Of a stretch of DNA of 13,555 bases, positions 8,460 to 13,555 are shown piece by piece (position 1 is the first letter of the stretch; every line of letters starts with the position of its first letter). The position numbers were made by a program, and so were the translations under genes. Source of the DNA: Octopus sinensis (Eukaryota); assembly GCF_006345805.1 (NCBI RefSeq), contig NW_021826649.1, positions 1 through 13,555 of the forward strand, written 5' to 3'. The notes beneath the pieces are model-generated. The model was not told where the DNA came from, ran no database searches, and was given only the letters and a program-made list of their open reading frames with translations.

Positions 8460-8650
8460 TCCTGTGCCGACCTAAAAGCTTTTAAGTTAGATCCCATTGC
8501 TGGATGTTCAGGAACAGAATAAAGGACATATTTCCAATCCCGGGATCATCCTGGTTTCAAAAAGGTATAACATGTCTATGTAGAGGAAATGTAAACTGAG
8601 ATACCGGGCTCCCGGACGGACAGACAGAATTTTGCTTTTATTATTATAGA
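8460..8650 (-). mobile_element. Possible 5' fragment of a second Helitron-like element
   Basis: The minus strand starts TCTATAATAATAAAAGCAAAATTCTGTCTGTCCGTCC, the same architecture (TC-TAT..TAAAAG then GTCT/GTCC repeat) as 6124. No 3' hairpin or CTRR found, and the 5' flank is G rather than A. Confidence 0.3.
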
Positions 8651-8720
8651 CGTTACATATGTTTCAGTAACCAGTCACAAATGACGTTACACCAGAAATG
8701 CAACAATTTGATCAACTTAC

Positions 8721-8891
8721 AAGTGCAGATACCATAATCATTCTGTCGCCCAGTCTCCTCCTTCCTGTGGTTCACCCCATCCCACTGGCCTCGTACTTCT
8801 TGTCCGTCACAGGAAGGCCTTCCGATTGCTGCAGATATGGCGGTGCATAGTAGGACGGCATGGTTTGTGTGATATAATGCGGTAGCAAATA
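8721..8891 (-). CDS. Candidate internal exon (171 bp, phase 1-1), product unknown
   Basis: About 53% GC over 8761-8880 (hand count) in an AT-rich context. Minus-strand donor GTAAGT at 8720-8715; acceptors TAG (8894-8892) or CAG (8901-8899). Open frame FATALYHTNHAVLLCTAISAAIGRPSCDGQEVRGQWDG...YGICT. No recognised homology. Confidence 0.3.
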
Positions 8892-9038
8892 CTAAACACT
8901 GAACCATAAGTAACAGATGAAATTAATAATAACAATACCCGAATCAAACCACTGAGAGAACCCATTAGAGTCTGTTTATCATTTGTTTACTTTTCAAATA
9001 ATTGCTTCGTCCAATGCTTTTCCCGTTCAGACATTGAC

Positions 9039-9648
9039 TTGTTAATTTGATATACAGGGTGGACATTTGTTAATTTGATATACAGGGTGGACATTTGTTA
9101 ATTTGATATACAGGGTGGACATTTGTTAATTTGATATACAGGGTGGACATTTGTTAATTTGATATACAGGGTGGACATTTGTTAATTTAACATACAGGGT
9201 GGACATTTGTTAATTTGATATACAGGGTGGACATTTGTTAATTTGATATACAGGGTGGACATTTGTTAATTTGATATACAGGGTGGACATTTGTTAATTT
9301 GATATACAGGGTGGACATTTGTTAATTTGATATACAGGGTGGACATTTGTTAATTTGATATACAGGGTGGACTTTGTTATTTGATATACAGGGTGGACTT
9401 TGTTAATTTGATATCAGGGTGGACATTTGTTAATTTGATATACAGGGTGGACATTTGTTAATTTGATATACAGGGTGGACATTTGTTAATTTGATATACA
9501 GGGTGGACATTTGTTAATTTGATATACAGGGTGGACATTTGTTAATTTGATATACAGGGTGGACATTTGTTAATTTGATATACAGGGTGGACATTTGTTA
9601 ATTTGATATACAGGGTGGACATTTGTTAATTTGATATACAGGGTGGAC
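9039..9648. repeat. 28-bp minisatellite, 22 copies (TTTGTTAATTTGATATACAGGGTGGACA)
   Basis: CAGGGTGG occurs from 9055 to 9639: 21 intervals of 28 bp less four 1-bp deletions in 9361-9420. One substituted copy near 9181 (TTTAACATA). No spacers. Confidence 0.97.
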
Positions 9649-9737
9649 CAAAATGATCTGACACATTTGGAGGCTTAATGAAACCACAAAATAAGAAATA
9701 ATGAAAAGAAAAATTTTATTTTCTGAATGTACATATA

Positions 9738-9902
9738 TAGGCGCAGGAGTGGCTGTGTGGTAAGTAGCTGGCTAACCAACCACATGGTTCTGGGTTCAGT
9801 CCCACTGCGTGGCACCTTGGGCAAGTGTCTCCTACTATAGCCCCGGGCCGACCAATGCCTTGTGAGTGGATTTGGTCGACGGAAACTGAAAGAAGCCCGT
9901 CA
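9738..9902 (+). mobile_element. Family B SINE, 5' half only
   Basis: Colinear with 8016-8180 and 9948-10110; ends at the internal (TA)n. Confidence 0.88.
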
Positions 9903-9947
9903 TATATATGTATATATATATATATATATAACTATATTATATATAAT

Positions 9948-10373
9948 AGGCGCAGGAGTGGCTGTGTGGTAAGTAGCTTGCTTACCAACCACATTGTTCC
10001 GGGTTCAGTCCCACTGCGTGGCACCTTGGGCAAGTGTCTTCAGCTATAGCCCCGGGCCGACCAATGCCTTGTGAGTGGATTTGGTTGACGGAAACTGAAA
10101 GAAGCCTGTCGTATATATGTATATATATATATAAGTATGTTTGTGTGTTTGTGTGTTTGTGTGTCTGTGTTTGTCCCCCTAGCATTGCTTGACAACCGAT
10201 GCTGGTGTGTTTACGTCCCCGTCACTTAGCGGTTCGGCAAAAGAGACCGATAGAATAAGTACTAGGCTTACAAAGAATAAGTCCCGGGGTCGATTTGCTC
10301 GACTAAAGGCGGTGCTCCAGCATGGCCACAGTCAAATGACTGAAACAAGTAAAAGAGTAAAAGAGAGTAAAGA
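9948..10373 (+). mobile_element. Family B SINE, full length
   Basis: Head, internal (TA)(TG) tract and GTAAAAGA tail, colinear with 8016-8450. Confidence 0.92.
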
Positions 10374-10398
10374 GTACATATAATGCCATTTTATTTAA

Positions 10399-10605
10399 TT
10401 AAGTTTTAAAAATTAAATCAGCTAAATCCTTCCCATCATTGTCAACACACTGTTAGATACGTTCATGAAAGATATCTATAACACTTTGGATCATTTCTTC
10501 TGGAATGGTTGCTATTTCTACACATATTGCACATTTTAATTCATCAATAGACCGAGGGCGATGACTGAATACTTTTGGTTTTAAATATACCCACAAGAAG
10601 AAACA
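10399..10605 (-). pseudogene. IS630/Tc1/mariner transposase C-terminal remnant
   Basis: Translates CFFLWVYLKPKVFSHRPRSIDELKCAICVEIATIPEEMIQSVIDIFHERI*QCVDNDGKDLADLIFKT*, matching the family motif DFFLWGYLKxKVYxxxPxTIxELKxAI that follows the WPPRSPDL catalytic segment. Premature TAA at 10455-10453; the catalytic triad region is absent. Confidence 0.85.
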
Positions 10606-10804
10606 CATTTCACACTTTCCACATATTAGTTTACTAACATTTGACCACTCCGAAGAAGCCTTGGGGCTCAACATTGTCCAACCCCTGTCCAATGTTTGTT
10701 CATCCCTGTATATCACTCACGTGATGAGGAAAACTTGGAAGATACGGCAGCATCACTTTACCGGTGAATTGAAATAAGGCACTAAAAAAAATGACTCTCC
10801 CCAG

Positions 10805-10844
<40 letters not shown>

Positions 10845-10848
10845 AGAT

Positions 10849-10882
<34 letters not shown>

Positions 10883-10892
10883 TGTAATATAT

Positions 10893-11314
10893 AGGCGCAG
10901 GAGTGGCTGTGTGGTAAGTAGCTTGCTTACCAACCACATTGTTCCGGGTTCAGTCCCACTGCGTGGCACCTTGGGCAAGTGTCTTCAGCTATAGCCCCGG
11001 GCCGACCAATGCCTTGTGAGTGGATTTGGTTGACGGAAACTGAAAGAAGCCTGTCGTATATATGTATATATATATATAAGTTTGTTGTGTTTGTGTGTTT
11101 GTGTGTCTGTTTGTCCCCCTAGCATTGCTTTGACAACCGATGCTGGTGTGTTTACGTCCCCGTCACTTAGCGGTTCGGCAAAAGAGACCGACGATAGAAT
11201 AAGTACTAGGCTTACAAAGAATAAGTCCCGGGGTCGATTTGCTCGACTAAAGGCGGTGCTCCAGCACCACAGTCAAATGACTGAAACAAGTAAAAGAGTA
11301 AAAGAGAGTAAAGA
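10893..11314 (+). mobile_element. Family B SINE, duplicate of 9948-10373
   Basis: Shares diagnostic variants (CACATTGTTCCGGG, CTTCAGCTATA, GGTTGACGG) with the 9948 copy. Confidence 0.92.
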
Positions 11315-11339
11315 GTACATATAATGCCATTTTATTTAA

Positions 11340-11649
11340 TTAAGTTTTAAAAATTAAATCAGCTAAATCCTTCCCATCATTGTCAACACACTGTTAGATA
11401 CGTTCATGAAAGATATCTATAACACTTGGATCATTTCTTCTGGAATGGTTGCTATTTCTACACATATTGCACATTTTAATTCATCAATAGACCGAGGGCG
11501 ATGACTGAATACTTTTGGTTTTAAAATAACCACAAGAAGAAATCACATTTCACACTTTCCACATATTAGTTTACTAACATTTGACCACTCCGAAGAAGCC
11601 TTGGGGCTCAACCATTGTCCAACCCCTGTCCAATGTTTGTTCATCCCTG
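11340..11649 (-). pseudogene. Duplicate transposase remnant and putative terminus, with additional frameshifting indels
   Basis: Colinear with 10399-10708; indels such as AACACTTGG vs AACACTTTGG. Confidence 0.8.
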
Positions 11650-11749
11650 TATATCACTCACGTGATGAGGAAAACTTGGAAGATACGGCAGCATCACTTT
11701 ACCGGTGAATGCGTTAAATAAGGCACTAAAAAAGAATGACTCTCCCCAG

Positions 11750-11880
<131 letters not shown>

Positions 11881-12033
11881 TAGAAGAAATGAGGTAATCA
11901 GAAGATCGGATGGTTTATATTTACAGATATTTATTTATATATTACATTTTTTACATATATATATCATATCACTTAGATCATTAGCGCTTTCTCCCATTCC
12001 CCAAAAGGAACTACTTTGATTTGAAAACCCAAG

Positions 12034-12113
<80 letters not shown>

Positions 12114-12432
12114 TAGTGGTTAGAGCGTCGAGCTTACGATCGTGAGGTTGTGAGCTCGAATCCCGGACCGGCTGCGTGTTGTGTTCTCGAGCAAGGCACT
12201 TTATTTCACGTTGCTCCAGTTCACTCATCTGTAGAAATGAGTTGCGACGTCACTGGTGCCAAGCGTATCGACCTTTGTCTTTCCCTGGATAACACTGGTT
12301 CGTGGAGAGGGGAGGCTGGTATGCATGGGCGACTGCTGGTCTTCCATAAACAACCTTGCCCGGACTTGTGTCTAGGAGGGTAACTTTCTAGGTGCAATCC
12401 CACGGTCATTCATGACCGAAGGGGGTCTTTGC
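12114..12432 (+). mobile_element. tRNA-derived SINE, family C, slightly 5'-truncated
   Basis: Partial A-box TAGTGGTTAGAGC at 12114 and B-box-like AGCTCGAATCC at 12153-12163, followed by a GAGCAAGGCACTT block typical of SINE central domains. Embedded between TA-rich tracts. Confidence 0.75.
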
Positions 12433-12585
12433 CCTATATATTAGTATATGTTATATTAGTATAAATGTTCATCTGTATAGTAATTATATAAAGAACAAAC
12501 ATGTATAACTAAAAGCTAATGTGTAGTGTAAAACAAATATGATCTGCTATTAAACCTGACAACCTCCATCCTCGCGTTATATCAT

Positions 12586-12589
<4 letters not shown>

Positions 12590-12636
<47 letters not shown>

Positions 12637-12733
12637 TACTGTATATTTTTTATATATATATATATATGTATGTGTATATATATATAGATATATAATATAT
12701 TATATATATATACATATATATATGTTGTGTGTG

Positions 12734-12765
<32 letters not shown>

Positions 12766-12808
12766 GTGTATATATGCATCTATATATGGGTGTGTGTGTA
12801 TGTGTGTG
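12590..12808. repeat. Compound (TA)n/(TG)n microsatellite
   Basis: Seen directly. Confidence 0.95.
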
Positions 12809-13019
12809 ATAAGAAATGAATGAAGAATACGCTATTTAATATTACTAATATCATTACCAATATCTTCCCACGCATTTTAACACCTGTATTACGTTGGGGA
12901 AAGTGTCATGATACTTAATCACCCGTCCATGGTGTGAGAATACTCCTACGCAATTCATTGTTTAAATCTGTGCTTCGTAAGATGTTTCTATCGCTTCATT
13001 CTTGTATAAAATTATATCT

Positions 13020-13418
13020 TTACTCTTTTACTTGTTTCAGTCATTTGACTGCAGCCATGCTGGAGCACCGCCTTCAGTCGAGCAAATCGACCCCGGGACT
13101 TATTCTTTGTAAGCCCAGTACTTATTCTATCGGTCTCTTTTGCCGAACCGCTAAGTGACGGGGAAGGAAACACACCAGCATCGGTGGTCAAGCAATGCTA
13201 GGGAGACAAACACAGACACACACGCATATACATATATATACATATACATATATACGACGGGCTTCTTTCAGTTTCCGTCTACCAAATCCACTCACAAGGC
13301 ATTGGTCGGCCCGGGGCTATAGTAGAAGACACTTGCTCAAGGTGCCACGCAGTGGGACTGAAACCGGAACCATGTGGTTGGTTAGCAAGCTACTTACTAC
13401 ACAGCCACTCCTGCGCCT
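13020..13418 (-). mobile_element. Family B SINE, full length, reverse orientation, with degenerate TSD
   Basis: Reverse complement of 8016-8450. Flanks AAAATTATATCT (13008-13019) and GAATTTATATCT (13419-13430) match at 10/12. Confidence 0.92.
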
Positions 13419-13555
13419 GAATTTATATCTGTTTATATAAATTCTAAGAATAGTAAGGAATTCCTGCTGTACATCTATTAGTTTGAGAATTTGTACTACA
13501 TCGGGACATCTGGTTGCCAGTACCCGTGGGGAAGCTTTGCAAAGCATTCTACTAC

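Larger units (their letters stand above)
9639..10708 (-). mobile_element. Decayed, internally deleted Tc1/mariner-superfamily DNA transposon interrupted by SINE insertions
   Basis: TA|CAGGGTGGACCAAAATGATCTGACA at 9639, and a possible opposite end TA|CAGGGATGAACAAACATTGGACA on the minus strand at 10708. Transposase C-terminal remnant at 10399-10605. The SINE block is flanked by GTACATATA duplicates (9729-9737, 10374-10382). Confidence 0.75.

Noticed and set aside
9005-9060. + strand splice acceptor (CTTTTCCCGTTCAG at 9017-9030) leading into the minisatellite
   Set aside because: All three frames hit stops within the first repeat units and there is no strong donor.
9039-9648. 28-bp array as a CRISPR array
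   Set aside because: Head-to-tail repeats with no unique spacers, no cas genes, eukaryotic context.

Overview
Eukaryotic, repeat-dominated DNA with no prokaryotic operon. The SINE families look like those I recall from octopod cephalopods (inference, no database search). (1) 1-5580: a >5.5 kb triplet-phased G/T-rich array, built mainly from the 15-mers TGTGGAGGTGGTGGT and TGTGGTAGTGGTGGT, with 150, 360, ~810-830 and ~3100-3150 bp higher-order duplications. The listed poly-Val, Gly/Cys and His ORFs are by-products of this repeat. The best coding hypothesis is not in the ORF track: a Thr/Ser-rich mucin-like frame on the minus strand, broken by clustered indels, one TGA and no clear start or acceptor. 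(2) 5700-13555: AT-rich DNA with (TA)n/(TG)n microsatellites, three tRNA-derived SINE families, a ~400 bp non-autonomous Helitron-like element, a 278 bp foldback containing two opposed hammerhead-like motifs, one candidate exon, a 22-copy 28 bp minisatellite made of a Tc1/mariner terminus plus its host flank, a decayed Tc1/mariner element interrupted by SINEs, and a 945 bp tandem duplication. No intact gene with a recognisable symbol is present.
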